A stretch of DNA of 64,000 nucleotides from Gammaproteobacteria bacterium (GCA_029256015.1 JAQSYQ010000008.1:3041-67040), one strand, 5' to 3'; positions 29,245 to 38,559 are shown, numbered from the stretch's first letter. Notes: generated by a model not told the origin, from the letters alone. Program-made: numbers and translations.

Positions 29245-30249
29245 ATGTTAAGCTTGAACAATGTAAAAGGCAGCGATTCATCCTGGAAGCAGGCCATGTC
29301 TGCTGCCATTACTGATCCTGCTCAATTGCTAGCTTATTTAAACTTAGCTCCAGGTTTGCTGGAATCAGCCAAAGCGGCCGGCAAGCTGTTTCCTTTAAAA
29401 GTGCCATTAGGTTTTGCCAATCGGATGGAAAAGGGCAATCCCAACGACCCTTTATTGAGACAGATTTTGCCATTAGGCGCTGAGCTTGTTGAAACCACTG
29501 GCTATGGATCTGACCCGTTAGAAGAGCAAGCAAGCAATCCCATTCCAGGCCTATTGCATAAATATCACGGCAGGGTTTTACTGATTACAGCCGGAACCTG
29601 CGCGGTAAATTGCCGCTATTGTTTTCGCCGAGAATTTCCCTATGAAGACAATAATCCCGGCTCTAAAGGCTGGGATAAAGCCATTGAGTATATTCAAAAT
29701 GACTCTAGCATTACCGAGGTGATTTTAAGCGGGGGCGATCCTTTGATGTTAAGCGATAAGCCTTTGCAAAACCTGCTCAATAAAATTGCTGAAATTTGTC
29801 ATGTCAAAACGCTTCGCTTTCACACGAGATTACCCGTAGTATTGCCCGAGCGAATCAATGAAAATTTAATCAATATATTAGAGCAGGCTCGATTGCAAGT
29901 AGTCATGGTGATTCACTGCAATCACCCCAATGAAATCGACTCTCAGGTTTCCCAAGCATTGCATAGGCTTAAAAATGCAGGGATTAGCCTATTTAACCAA
30001 TCCGTTCTATTGGCTGGGGTTAACGATAATGTGGATACTCAAATTGCATTGCAGCAAAAACTGTTCGAAAATAACGTATTGCCCTACTACCTTCACCTTT
30101 TGGACAAAGTAAGAGGCACCGCGCATTTCTATGTAACCGATGAAGCAGCCAAACAGATTATTGCCGGCATGACCCAACGTCTGCCTGGCTATCTCGTTCC
30201 TAAATTAGCTCGAGAAGTTCCTGGCCTTGGCAGCAAACTTCACTTATAA
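29245..30249 (+). CDS. epmB: EF-P beta-lysylation protein EpmB (lysine 2,3-aminomutase-like radical SAM)
   Basis: CAVNCRYCFRR radical-SAM cluster motif; KamA-family layout. ATG at 29245 used instead of the ORF-track TTG at 29221. Confidence 0.9.
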   Translation: MLSLNNVKGSDSSWKQAMSAAITDPAQLLAYLNLAPGLLESAKAAGKLFPLKVPLGFANRMEKGNPNDPLLRQILPLGAELVETTGYGSDPLEEQASNPIPGLLHKYHGRVLLITAGTCAVNCRYCFRREFPYEDNNPGSKGWDKAIEYIQNDSSITEVILSGGDPLMLSDKPLQNLLNKIAEICHVKTLRFHTRLPVVLPERINENLINILEQARLQVVMVIHCNHPNEIDSQVSQALHRLKNAGISLFNQSVLLAGVNDNVDTQIALQQKLFENNVLPYYLHLLDKVRGTAHFYVTDEAAKQIIAGMTQRLPGYLVPKLAREVPGLGSKLHL

Positions 30250-30268
30250 CAATTCGCTGTAGCGCTAA

Positions 30269-30459
30269 GCTCAATATTAGATTTTGCTCATGGTCGCATG
30301 CGCTTGGAAAAATAAGCAGCAAGCTTATTAGATCTGAAAGATGCCGCAATGGATGCGGCATTAGGCATACAAGATATGGACGTCTGTTATGCCTAATCTT
30401 AAGCTTGTGTGCCATTTTGACAAGATGGAGCATGTGCAGAGTAAAATGTAATATTGAGC
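30269..30459 (+). repeat. R1 nested-palindrome element, copy c, enclosed by its own 17-nt outer inverted repeat
   Basis: Outer arms GCTCAATATTAGATTTT (30269-30285) and AAAATGTAATATTGAGC (30443-30459). Hairpin A is ATGCCGCA-ATGGA-TGCGGCAT (30341-30361). Hairpin B is TAGGCATA...TATGCCTA (30362-30395). Confidence 0.85.
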
Positions 30460-30480
30460 GGATGCAACTAAGGAGCCAAT

Positions 30481-30957
30481 ATGCCAATTCAACTAGCTAC
30501 ATTTGCTGCCGGATGTTTTTGGGGGGTGGAGGCGGCCTTTCGCAAAGTCCACGGTGTTGTGGAGACTCAAGTCGGGTTTATGGGAGGGCATACCGATCAG
30601 CCCAGCTATATGCAAGTATGCAATGGCAATACCGGCCATGCTGAGGTTGTACATTTGCATTATGATCCTTCCCAAGTTCCCTACGAAGACCTGCTTCAAG
30701 TATTTTGGGCCATTCATGACCCTACCACCTTTCACAAACAAGGTCCCGATGTCGGAAGCCAATACCGCTCTGCCATCTTTTATTATGACCCGGAGCAAAA
30801 GCAGATTGCTGAACTTTCCATGCAAAAATTAGCGCAATCCGGCACTCATCCCAATAAAATAGTCACTGAAATTGTCCCTGCCTCGACTTTTTATAAGGCA
30901 GAGGAGTATCATCAGCGCTATTATGAAAAACAAGGCATTCAAGGATGCCGCCTATAA
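30481..30957 (+). CDS. msrA: peptide-methionine (S)-S-oxide reductase
   Basis: GCFWGVE active-site motif; AAGGAG upstream. Confidence 0.95.
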   Translation: MPIQLATFAAGCFWGVEAAFRKVHGVVETQVGFMGGHTDQPSYMQVCNGNTGHAEVVHLHYDPSQVPYEDLLQVFWAIHDPTTFHKQGPDVGSQYRSAIFYYDPEQKQIAELSMQKLAQSGTHPNKIVTEIVPASTFYKAEEYHQRYYEKQGIQGCRL

Positions 30958-30965
30958 GGATAAAC

Positions 30966-31514
30966 ATGGATAAGCTATACGCGCAATTAATTGAAGCCAT
31001 TGGTGAGAACCCTAATCGGGAAGGTCTGCTTAAAACCCCGGCCAGAGCCGCCTCTGCATTAAAAGAGCTGACAGAAGGCTACCATCAAAACGTCACCGAC
31101 ATTGTTAACGATGCCTTGTTTGAAAGCCAATGCGACGAAATGGTAATAGTTAAAAATATTGAGCTTTACTCCCTGTGTGAACACCACATGCTGCCCTTTT
31201 TCGGCAAATGTCACGTGGCCTATATTCCAAACGGCAAGGTGATTGGTTTGTCTAAAGTTGCAAGGTTGATTGATGTGTTTGCAAGACGATTACAAATCCA
31301 AGAAAACTTGACTCATGAGATCGCGAATACTTTAATGGAAGTGTTAAAGCCAAGAGGCGTTGCTGTGACTATTGAGGCTGAGCATTTATGTATGAGAATG
31401 CGAGGAGTGCAAAAACAAAACTCAATAATGGTGACCTCCGCTATGCTTGGAAGCTTTAGAGAAAGTCCCAAAACCCGAGCTGAGTACTTAGCCTTAATTA
31501 AAGGCAGCCATTGA
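30966..31514 (+). CDS. folE: GTP cyclohydrolase I
   Basis: [19 protein letters not shown] and RLQIQE motifs. Confidence 0.95.
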   Translation: MDKLYAQLIEAIGENPNREGLLKTPARAASALKELTEGYHQNVTDIVNDALFESQCDEMVIVKNIELYSLCEHHMLPFFGKCHVAYIPNGKVIGLSKVARLIDVFARRLQIQENLTHEIANTLMEVLKPRGVAVTIEAEHLCMRMRGVQKQNSIMVTSAMLGSFRESPKTRAEYLALIKGSH

Positions 31515-31520
31515 GGAACT

Positions 31521-32420
31521 ATGGAATTTAAAGATTACTATAAAATTTTAGAAGTCTCGCCAGAAGCCAGCCAGGAAGATATTAAAAAAAGCTATCGCAA
31601 ACTGGCACGCAAATATCATCCCGATGTTAACAAAGACCCGGGAGCAGAGGATAAATTCAAAGAAGTTTCAGAAGCCTATGAAGCCCTGGGCTCTGAGGAA
31701 AAAAGAACAGCCTATGATCAGCTCAGACAAAGTGGCTATCAGTCAGGCCAAGATTTCAGACCTCCTCCAGGCTGGGACTCTCAATCAAGCAACCATGGCT
31801 TTGAGGAAAACTCCGAACAGTTCAGTGACTTTTTCGAGTCTATTTTTGGAGGGCGCGGCGGCTTTCAAAGATCTCATCGAGAGTTTAAACAAGCAGGCCA
31901 AGATCAGACCGCCAAACTCTATCTCACTCTAGAAGCCGCTTATCACGGCGGCAGCCAAACTATAAATCTAGAAGGCAAAAAAAGCTTAAACGTTAAAATC
32001 CCAGCCGGCATTAGCTCGGGCAAGCAAATCCGCTTAAAAGGCCAAGGTGGCCCAGGGCTTAATGGAGGAGAAAACGGCGACTTGTATCTGGAGGTGGAGT
32101 TTATCCCTCATCCTATTTACAGCGTAAAAGACAAAGATATCAGTGTGATTCTGCCAGTGACTCCTTGGGAAGCGGCTCTAGGCGCTTCAGTCAATGTCCC
32201 TACTCTAGGCGGGGCAGTGGCTTTAAAAATTCCAGCCAATTCTCAAAGCGGTCAAAAATTAAGACTAAAAGGCCGCGGTTTACCGGGTAATCCTGCAGGA
32301 GACCAGTATGTAGTGTTACAAGTTCACACACCTCCTGCCAACACTGAGGAAGCCAAAGCCTTATATCAAAATATGGCTGAGAGCATGCCCTTTAACCCTC
32401 GAAGTAAATTGGGAGTCTAA
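31521..32420 (+). CDS. cbpA: curved DNA-binding protein CbpA (DnaJ-like co-chaperone)
   Basis: J domain (DYYKILEV...YHPD) without a zinc-finger domain. About 300 aa and followed by cbpM. Confidence 0.88.
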   Translation: MEFKDYYKILEVSPEASQEDIKKSYRKLARKYHPDVNKDPGAEDKFKEVSEAYEALGSEEKRTAYDQLRQSGYQSGQDFRPPPGWDSQSSNHGFEENSEQFSDFFESIFGGRGGFQRSHREFKQAGQDQTAKLYLTLEAAYHGGSQTINLEGKKSLNVKIPAGISSGKQIRLKGQGGPGLNGGENGDLYLEVEFIPHPIYSVKDKDISVILPVTPWEAALGASVNVPTLGGAVALKIPANSQSGQKLRLKGRGLPGNPAGDQYVVLQVHTPPANTEEAKALYQNMAESMPFNPRSKLGV

Positions 32421-32422
32421 AT

Positions 32423-32749
32423 ATGAGCCAACATGATTTAGCTCAACTACTTGAAGAAAGCACTTTAAGCTTAAACGAACTAATCCAAAAAGGCGGAGTT
32501 TCAATTGAGGTCGTGATTGAAATGGTGCAGTTTGATATTATCCATCCCAAAGGCCATTCGCCTGAAACCTGGCAATTTAGCATGACTGCTGTGACCCGCT
32601 TACAAAAAGCCTTGCGCCTGCAAAGAGACTTAGAGATTAATCTATCAGGCGTGGCCTTAACTTTGGACTTGGTGGAAGAAGTCGATCGCTTAAAAAATGA
32701 AATAGCTCGGCTTGAACACTATGTTAATCTGCACCAAACTGAAGACTAG
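32423..32749 (+). CDS. cbpM: chaperone modulatory protein CbpM
   Basis: MerR-like fold. The W.F....A..LQKALRLQRDL...L.GVALTLDL pattern matches E. coli CbpM. Confidence 0.8.
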   Translation: MSQHDLAQLLEESTLSLNELIQKGGVSIEVVIEMVQFDIIHPKGHSPETWQFSMTAVTRLQKALRLQRDLEINLSGVALTLDLVEEVDRLKNEIARLEHYVNLHQTED

Positions 32750-32828
32750 TTTTTCTGCTGTAATCTTATTGCTTTATTTAAGAAACACTTCAAAATACGC
32801 TTAAGTTTAACTCTAAGCGGAGAGTATT

Positions 32829-33578
32829 ATGTTATCAAAAGTATGGCAAGCTGTAGTCGCAGCTTTAGCAGTATCGGCAGGCAAGGTATTAGGCCAAAAT
32901 ACTATTTATGGAATTGAAGGGGGAAAACCTTTTACCACTCCGGCATTTAATGTTAGCGGAGCCCCTCTTATATGCGAACTAGAGCGTACTTATTGCGCAG
33001 ATGCCCCAGCAACGGTATTTACCAGCTTTTCAGGGCCCAACATCGATTTTTACGGAGTTCCTGTCGCTATGAATAGCACTACTAGGACAGTAATTTCAGT
33101 TTTAAATATGTCTGCTCCTGCTGCAGTGACCTTTGGCTATCAAGGTCCGGGAGAGTATTTCCAAAACAACTGTAAGAGCCTGCTAATCGCCTCCTGCACT
33201 CAAGAAGGGGCGCCATTGCCACCTGATCTTCCGGATAGTTTTGGGCCTTACCAACTCGTCGCTCCTTTTAAGGCTTTAGGCTTAAATCTAACCCAGCCTC
33301 AATGCTGTCAAATGTTTATTACTCCATGCGAATCAGGTGCAGATACGCCCATCAATGCCACAGTGAGCACTTTATTCTATAACCCTGCACCGGGCGCGCA
33401 AACTGCTGGTCAAGTTACCGTTTCACCAAACCAGCTAGTAAATATGCTGTTTAATAGTACTAACCCGGGAACGGCGGTGCTTGGCATAACAGACGGCGGG
33501 CCTGCCCCATTTTACAAGAGCTGCAACAATGGATTAGTTGTGAGCTGCTCAAACCAATTGGATGAGTGCACAGCTTGA
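32829..33578 (+). CDS. orphan secreted Cys-rich protein (10 Cys, 6 N-X-S/T sequons)
   Basis: N-terminal signal-like segment; GGAG upstream; terminator hairpin downstream. Confidence 0.6.
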   Translation: MLSKVWQAVVAALAVSAGKVLGQNTIYGIEGGKPFTTPAFNVSGAPLICELERTYCADAPATVFTSFSGPNIDFYGVPVAMNSTTRTVISVLNMSAPAAVTFGYQGPGEYFQNNCKSLLIASCTQEGAPLPPDLPDSFGPYQLVAPFKALGLNLTQPQCCQMFITPCESGADTPINATVSTLFYNPAPGAQTAGQVTVSPNQLVNMLFNSTNPGTAVLGITDGGPAPFYKSCNNGLVVSCSNQLDECTA

Positions 33579-33604
33579 GTTTAAAAAATAATAAGCTGCT
33601 CAAT

Positions 33605-33634
33605 AAAAAAACCTGGCTTATGCCGGGTTTTTTC
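33605..33634. terminator. bidirectional terminator between the Cys-rich protein gene and pstS
   Basis: AAAAAAACCTGGC-TTAT-GCCGGGTTTTTT. Confidence 0.8.
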
Positions 33635-33650
33635 TTATTATGGCATAATA

Positions 33651-34634
33651 TTACTTATTCCAATTTGGCAATTGAGTTACCCACTGCTTTTCAATGCTTT
33701 GGTACTCAGCTCTAGTTAAAGGAATATAGCCCAGCTTCTCGGCACTGCTGTCACCCTCTTTATAAGCCCAATCAAAAAACTTCAATACTTGAGCTGAATC
33801 CTTGGAATACTTGGAATGTTGGTTAGGCAGCTCAATATAGGTTGTCGCAATAATAGGCCAGCTTTCTGCCGATTTTGGATTTTTGATTGCCGCTTCAACA
33901 CTTGAAGAAGAGACCGATACGGCTTTCCCAGCTTGGTTTTGTAAAGTCACCATCTGCATTTGATTCTGCTCAGCATAAGTGAAAGCCACATAGCCGATAG
34001 AATTAGGCATATGTTGAATTTGAGAGACCATACCAGCATTGCCTCTGACCCCCAAACCAAATCCAGGCCAAGCAACAAGCATATTAGCCCCAAGACTACT
34101 GTTCCAGACTGGGCTTGCTGTAGATAAGTAGCGAGTGAAATTATAAGTAGTACCTGAACCGTCCGCACGGTGCACGGTAATAATCAAAGCATTGGGTAAA
34201 TTGACCCCCGGGTTAAGTGCCACAATTTCTGGATCATTCCATTTTGTCACCTTGCCCATATAAATATCGGCTAATACTTGGCCGTTTAAAACAAGCTGAT
34301 TACTTTGAATTCCCGCAATATTCACCACAGGCACAATGGCGCCTGTTAAAACCGGAAATTGTAAAAGATTTTTCTGGCTTAATTGAGCCGGAGTCAAAGG
34401 CATGTCAGTGGCAGCGAAATCAACCAGGTGCGAATAGAATTGTTGCAAGCCGCTGCTGGAGCCTACGGGTTGATAATTGAGTGGGCTAGCGTTTTGGCTG
34501 TAGCTTTGAGTCCACTGTGAAATAGCAGGATAAATAAAGCTTGAACCTGCTCCTGTCGCTTGTTGAGCAAAGCTGAGTGCTGAGCAAAAGCCTGCCGTTA
34601 ATATAAGACTTTGTAATAATTTTTTAGTCTTCAT
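33651..34634 (-). CDS. pstS: phosphate ABC transporter substrate-binding protein PstS (no adjacent pstCAB)
   Basis: Signal peptide, GAGSSFIYP motif, PBP-type layout. Confidence 0.88.
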   Translation of the reverse strand: MKTKKLLQSLILTAGFCSALSFAQQATGAGSSFIYPAISQWTQSYSQNASPLNYQPVGSSSGLQQFYSHLVDFAATDMPLTPAQLSQKNLLQFPVLTGAIVPVVNIAGIQSNQLVLNGQVLADIYMGKVTKWNDPEIVALNPGVNLPNALIITVHRADGSGTTYNFTRYLSTASPVWNSSLGANMLVAWPGFGLGVRGNAGMVSQIQHMPNSIGYVAFTYAEQNQMQMVTLQNQAGKAVSVSSSSVEAAIKNPKSAESWPIIATTYIELPNQHSKYSKDSAQVLKFFDWAYKEGDSSAEKLGYIPLTRAEYQSIEKQWVTQLPNWNK

Positions 34635-34753
34635 TTATTTTTCCTTTGATTTTCATCTGCACAATAGTGTACTTTGTTTTGGTTTTAAAAAAATAGCGCT
34701 TTTTTATAGATAAGCTATCATTGGGAATGAGAAATAATAACCGAGGAAGAAAT

Positions 34754-36157
34754 ATGAAGTTAAAACCCATCGTTGCAAGTTTGTGCCTAATCGGCATGGC
34801 GACTGCTGGCACAGCCTTAGCTGCTAGCAATAATACTGCTTCTGCTAGTGCTCAGCTCAAAAGCTTGCAAAGCCAGCTCAACCAGTTGCAAATGAAAGTG
34901 AATAACATAAACAATGCTCCAGCTCGCATGACAGGCGTGAGCAATGTATTGAGCTTGAATGCTAACTTGAGCCAACAAATGTTGAGCAACCAATCAGGTG
35001 TAGGTCGTGAGATGAACCTGTTGAAAGCTCGTCAAATGGGCAGCTTACCAAATCAATCATTGACCTTGGGTGGCACAGTCCAAGCCGATGCTATCGCTCA
35101 ACACACTGACAGCACTGGATATTTCTCCAACCCACAGGCTAATAATACATTTAACCGTGCTGTTGATAATAATTTCCTTAATGTTCCTAACCAAAGCTAC
35201 AGTGGTTTAGCATTAAGCGCTGCTAAATTGGATTCCGCTGTTGCTCTTAATACCTGGGCAACCGGTTATATTCAATTGGGTGCTTATAACATCGGTCAAA
35301 GCACAATCGGCAGCACCAACGCTAGCATCCAAGACGCTTATTTAGTATTTGGTAACCTGGCCCAAAACCCTGTTTATGGTTTCGCTGGTAGAAAAGAAAT
35401 TGACTTTGGTAGCTTTGCCAACGTTCAACCTTATGCACAACCTTTGACCAGAATCTACTTTATGCCAACCGGCAATACAGCGGGTATTGGTTATAATCAA
35501 TCTGGCTTAAATGTAACCGCAAGCGTCATGAATGGCGGGAATACCACAGCGAATATTGAAAACGTAGGCAGCATCGTTCAGTATCAAAACCTTTATACTG
35601 CTAATGGAAACGGTATTAACAACTGGGCATTTAACTCTTCTTATACCGCAACAACCCAGGGCATTAACTGGACTGCAGGCGCAGGTTATTTAGCGGGTTC
35701 ACAACCACAAGCAACCGGCACCCCAGCGCGTACAGGCGGAGCTTGGGACCTTAACGGTAAAGCTTCTGTCAGCAATTTTGACTTGTTAGCAGAATACGTT
35801 TCTACTGTTCATAGCGCTCCTGCTGAGTTAACTACATTTGGTGATACCGCTTTCCCTGCTGGCTTACTTAAAGCTTGGAGCGTTGGTGGAGACTATAACT
35901 TCCCAGTAATGGGTTACAAGTCCATTGCCGCTCTATCTTACAGCAGAGCAGGTCAAGGTAGCTCTAGCTACACTGCATTCCAATATGTAGCAAGCTATCG
36001 CGTACAACCTATCAGCAACGTTTGGACAGGCCTTGAATATACTTACAGCAGAGGCTTGCTAGGTGGTTCTCTAAACAATACCACTCCTGATACTATTGCG
36101 ACTCAAAGCAATGCGATTAACGACACTTTAGTATTAGACGTAACTGCTTACTTCTAA
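34754..36157 (+). CDS. outer-membrane porin with an N-terminal coiled-coil segment
   Basis: Signal peptide ending ALA; QLKSLQSQLNQLQMKVNN helix; alternating beta-strand pattern; C-terminal ...TAYF. GAGGA upstream of the ATG at 34754. Confidence 0.75.
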   Translation: MKLKPIVASLCLIGMATAGTALAASNNTASASAQLKSLQSQLNQLQMKVNNINNAPARMTGVSNVLSLNANLSQQMLSNQSGVGREMNLLKARQMGSLPNQSLTLGGTVQADAIAQHTDSTGYFSNPQANNTFNRAVDNNFLNVPNQSYSGLALSAAKLDSAVALNTWATGYIQLGAYNIGQSTIGSTNASIQDAYLVFGNLAQNPVYGFAGRKEIDFGSFANVQPYAQPLTRIYFMPTGNTAGIGYNQSGLNVTASVMNGGNTTANIENVGSIVQYQNLYTANGNGINNWAFNSSYTATTQGINWTAGAGYLAGSQPQATGTPARTGGAWDLNGKASVSNFDLLAEYVSTVHSAPAELTTFGDTAFPAGLLKAWSVGGDYNFPVMGYKSIAALSYSRAGQGSSSYTAFQYVASYRVQPISNVWTGLEYTYSRGLLGGSLNNTTPDTIATQSNAINDTLVLDVTAYF

Positions 36158-36180
36158 GAATCAGTCGTAAAAGAAATACC

Positions 36181-36204
36181 AAAAGCCACCTTCGGGTGGC
36201 TTTT

Positions 36205-36206
<2 letters not shown>
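36181..36206. terminator. bidirectional rho-independent terminator between the porin and ferredoxin genes
   Basis: AAAAGCCACC-TTCG-GGTGGCTTTT with A/T runs on both sides. Confidence 0.85.
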
Positions 36207-36456
<250 letters not shown>

Positions 36457-36479
36457 TTAATACCTTCCTCTTTTATCAG

Positions 36480-36615
36480 GATAGTGTCTTAAGTTCGAAT
36501 TTTTATTATACGGGGTGACGCCAAGCGGGGCCCCCAAACACGCGCAAGTTAATGAGCATGATTGGGGTGCAAGGCGGCAGGACCCCATTCTATTATTCGA
36601 ACTTAAGACACTATC
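36480..36615 (+). repeat. R3 element, copy a, enclosed by perfect 21-bp inverted repeats
   Basis: GATAGTGTCTTAAGTTCGAAT (36480-36500) and ATTCGAACTTAAGACACTATC (36595-36615). The ~72-nt core GTGACGCCAAGCGGGGCCCCCAAACACGCGCAAGTTAATGAGCATGATTGGGGTGCAAGGCGGCAGGACCCC is shared with 42306-42375. Confidence 0.85.
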
Positions 36616-36638
36616 ATGTTCTAACGTCAAAATTTGAC

Positions 36639-37109
36639 TTAATTTTTATTTAATAGCCTGGTTACTGCCTCTGGCACAAACTCGGAAATGTCGCCGCCTA
36701 GTTTGACTATTTCTCTTACCAGGGTCGATGAAATAAAAGCATAGTGCTCTGAGGTGCGCAAAAACACGGTTTCAATTTCTTTATTAAGCCTGTGATTCAT
36801 TCCGGCTAACTGGAATTCATAATCAAAATCGCTACTAGAGCGAAGGCCTCTGATAATAATTTTGGCATTCTTTGTCATGGCAAAATTTGCTAAAAGCCCA
36901 TTTAACTCGACGACTTCTATATTTTTTATGCCGAGATAGGCTTCGCGAATTATCGCCATTCTTTGTTCGATAGAAAGCAGGGGATTTTTTCCAGAACTGG
37001 GAGCGACTGCAACGATCAAATGGTCAAATAAGTCACTGGCTCGAGCAATAATATCCATATGCCCAAAAGTTAAGGGATCAAAGGTTCCTGGGTAAATAGC
37101 GGTTCTCAT
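36639..37109 (-). CDS. coaD: phosphopantetheine adenylyltransferase
   Basis: AIYPGTFDPLTFGH motif. Start trimmed to the ATG at 37109. Confidence 0.93.
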   Translation of the reverse strand: MRTAIYPGTFDPLTFGHMDIIARASDLFDHLIVAVAPSSGKNPLLSIEQRMAIIREAYLGIKNIEVVELNGLLANFAMTKNAKIIIRGLRSSSDFDYEFQLAGMNHRLNKEIETVFLRTSEHYAFISSTLVREIVKLGGDISEFVPEAVTRLLNKN

Positions 37110-37242
37110 ACTGCTTCTCATTTGCACGCCAAATGGCATGAGCAATATTATATCCCCTTGAAGAGGACTTGTCGAAATACTGCTAGCAAATTAGCGCTGC
37201 TAAATAGAAGCAGTTTGAATGATTTTGTTTATCTATTCAGTT

Positions 37243-37515
37243 TTATGTATGCCAGACTCTCGATAAAAAATTAATGGGATTCATTTTGGGTTCTTGAAAT
37301 TTAGCGCTTGAGATAATAGTCGGTTCAAGAACAGGTTGATTAAATCGGATATTGTATTTTCGAGCAATTCGTCGAACATTGCTGACACCACAGTCTAGTT
37401 TTTTTGCAACTTGTTTGGATGTCATTCCCTCATTTGCGTAGCCCGCGAGAAGATCGGCTACATCACAGTGATACTCTTCTACGATTCGTTGCTCTACAGT
37501 CATTGCGGACATCAC
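37243..37515 (-). CDS. orphan small HTH protein
   Basis: Predicted helix-turn-helix SKQVAKKLDCGVSNVRRIARKY. No neighbouring partner gene. Confidence 0.45.
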   Translation of the reverse strand: MMSAMTVEQRIVEEYHCDVADLLAGYANEGMTSKQVAKKLDCGVSNVRRIARKYNIRFNQPVLEPTIISSAKFQEPKMNPINFLSRVWHT

Positions 37516-37657
37516 TTACCCTCCAGATTTTCTGTGTTGATAGTGATAGCAATTTCATTTCTTTACTGGCTGTTTTCCTGCGTTTGTAAAAGGATTCAGC
37601 CTAATCAAGATCTGAAACCACTACAATTTTAGGCCAAACTTAGAACCTGAACTGAAT

Positions 37658-38206
37658 TTAAAGTAGGCCTAACTCGAGTTTAGCCGCTTCGGACATCCTA
37701 TCGGAGTTCCACGGCGGGTCAAACACTAGTACTACATCGACATCGCTAACGTTGGGAACTGCGCGCAATTTTTTTTCGACATCTTGAGAAATAACTGGGC
37801 CCATTCCACAACCCGGGGCGGTAAGAGTCATTTGAACTCCAATGTGGTAGCCACTTCCCTGTTTGGGAGTAACTACTAGATCGTAGATCAACCCCAGGTC
37901 TACTATATTAACAGGAATCTCTGGGTCATAACAAGTCTTAAGTTGTTGCCAAAGTAAATCAACGTCTACCCCCTCTCCTTTGACTGAAACTTTATCGGAA
38001 GGAAGGCTAATAGGTTCTTTGCCGATGGCATCTGCATCTTTTCCATCAAGCCTAATTAAGTTGCCATTTACATTTAAAGTAAAACTGCCACCCAGCGCCT
38101 GAGTGACCAGCGCCTCTGTGCCTGGCATAAGATTAACTGTTTGGCCGTAGGGAATAAGAGTGCCCTCAACCTCACGTTTAATAATAGTGATATCTTTCAT
38201 ATTCAT
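37658..38206 (-). CDS. sufT: Fe-S assembly protein SufT (C-terminal DUF59/MIP18 domain)
   Basis: DPEIPVNIVDLGLIY and TLTAPGCGMG motifs. Last gene of the suf operon. Confidence 0.8.
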   Translation of the reverse strand: MNMKDITIIKREVEGTLIPYGQTVNLMPGTEALVTQALGGSFTLNVNGNLIRLDGKDADAIGKEPISLPSDKVSVKGEGVDVDLLWQQLKTCYDPEIPVNIVDLGLIYDLVVTPKQGSGYHIGVQMTLTAPGCGMGPVISQDVEKKLRAVPNVSDVDVVLVFDPPWNSDRMSEAAKLELGLL

Positions 38207-38559
38207 ACTGAAAAACTTTCCCCGCAACCACACCGATTACTTTCGTTAGGATTAATAAACACCACTTTAGACTGACCTAAATTCTGGCTGACATAATCCA
38301 CCACCATGCCGTTTAAATAAGCTAAATGAGGCTGTTCCACCACAAGCTTTAAATTGCTGGCATTGGGAATAAAAACGTCAGTATCAATAATGCGGTCAAC
38401 CAATTCGGTCACGTATTTAAATCCTGAGCAGCCTGCTTTTTTAACGGTGAAACGCAAAGCCTCGGCTTCTGGATGCTCACTTAAATAGCATTCAAAATGC
38501 TTCAATGCAGCTTCGGTTAACGTGATATCGACTTCGTTAGGGTTAAATTTCTCGACCAT
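38203..38559 (-). CDS. sufA: A-type Fe-S carrier (SufA/IscA/HesB family)
   Basis: GCSG...CGCGESF cysteine ligands. Confidence 0.88.
   Translation of the reverse strand: MVEKFNPNEVDITLTEAALKHFECYLSEHPEAEALRFTVKKAGCSGFKYVTELVDRIIDTDVFIPNASNLKLVVEQPHLAYLNGMVVDYVSQNLGQSKVVFINPNESNRCGCGESFSV

Noticed and set aside
30405-30644. 79-aa plus-strand ORF running from the R1c repeat into msrA, plus the alternate-frame ORFs at 30493-30825 and 30503-30832
   Set aside because: It starts inside a repeat and overlaps the clearly conserved msrA frame.
34635-34753. Pho box upstream of pstS
   Set aside because: No CTGTCAT-N4-CTGTCAT-like direct repeat was found on either strand.
34754-36157. Sequon (N-X-S/T) enrichment in the porin as further support for glycosylation
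   Set aside because: The porin is very rich in Asn, Ser and Thr, so roughly 16 sequons among about 55 Asn is near compositional expectation. It was not counted as evidence.
36488-36610. GTTCGAAT / ATTCGAAC strings reminiscent of a tRNA T-arm
   Set aside because: They are part of the 21-bp terminal inverted repeats of R3a. No acceptor stem, anticodon arm or GGTTCGAATCC-type context is present, and no tRNA can be folded.
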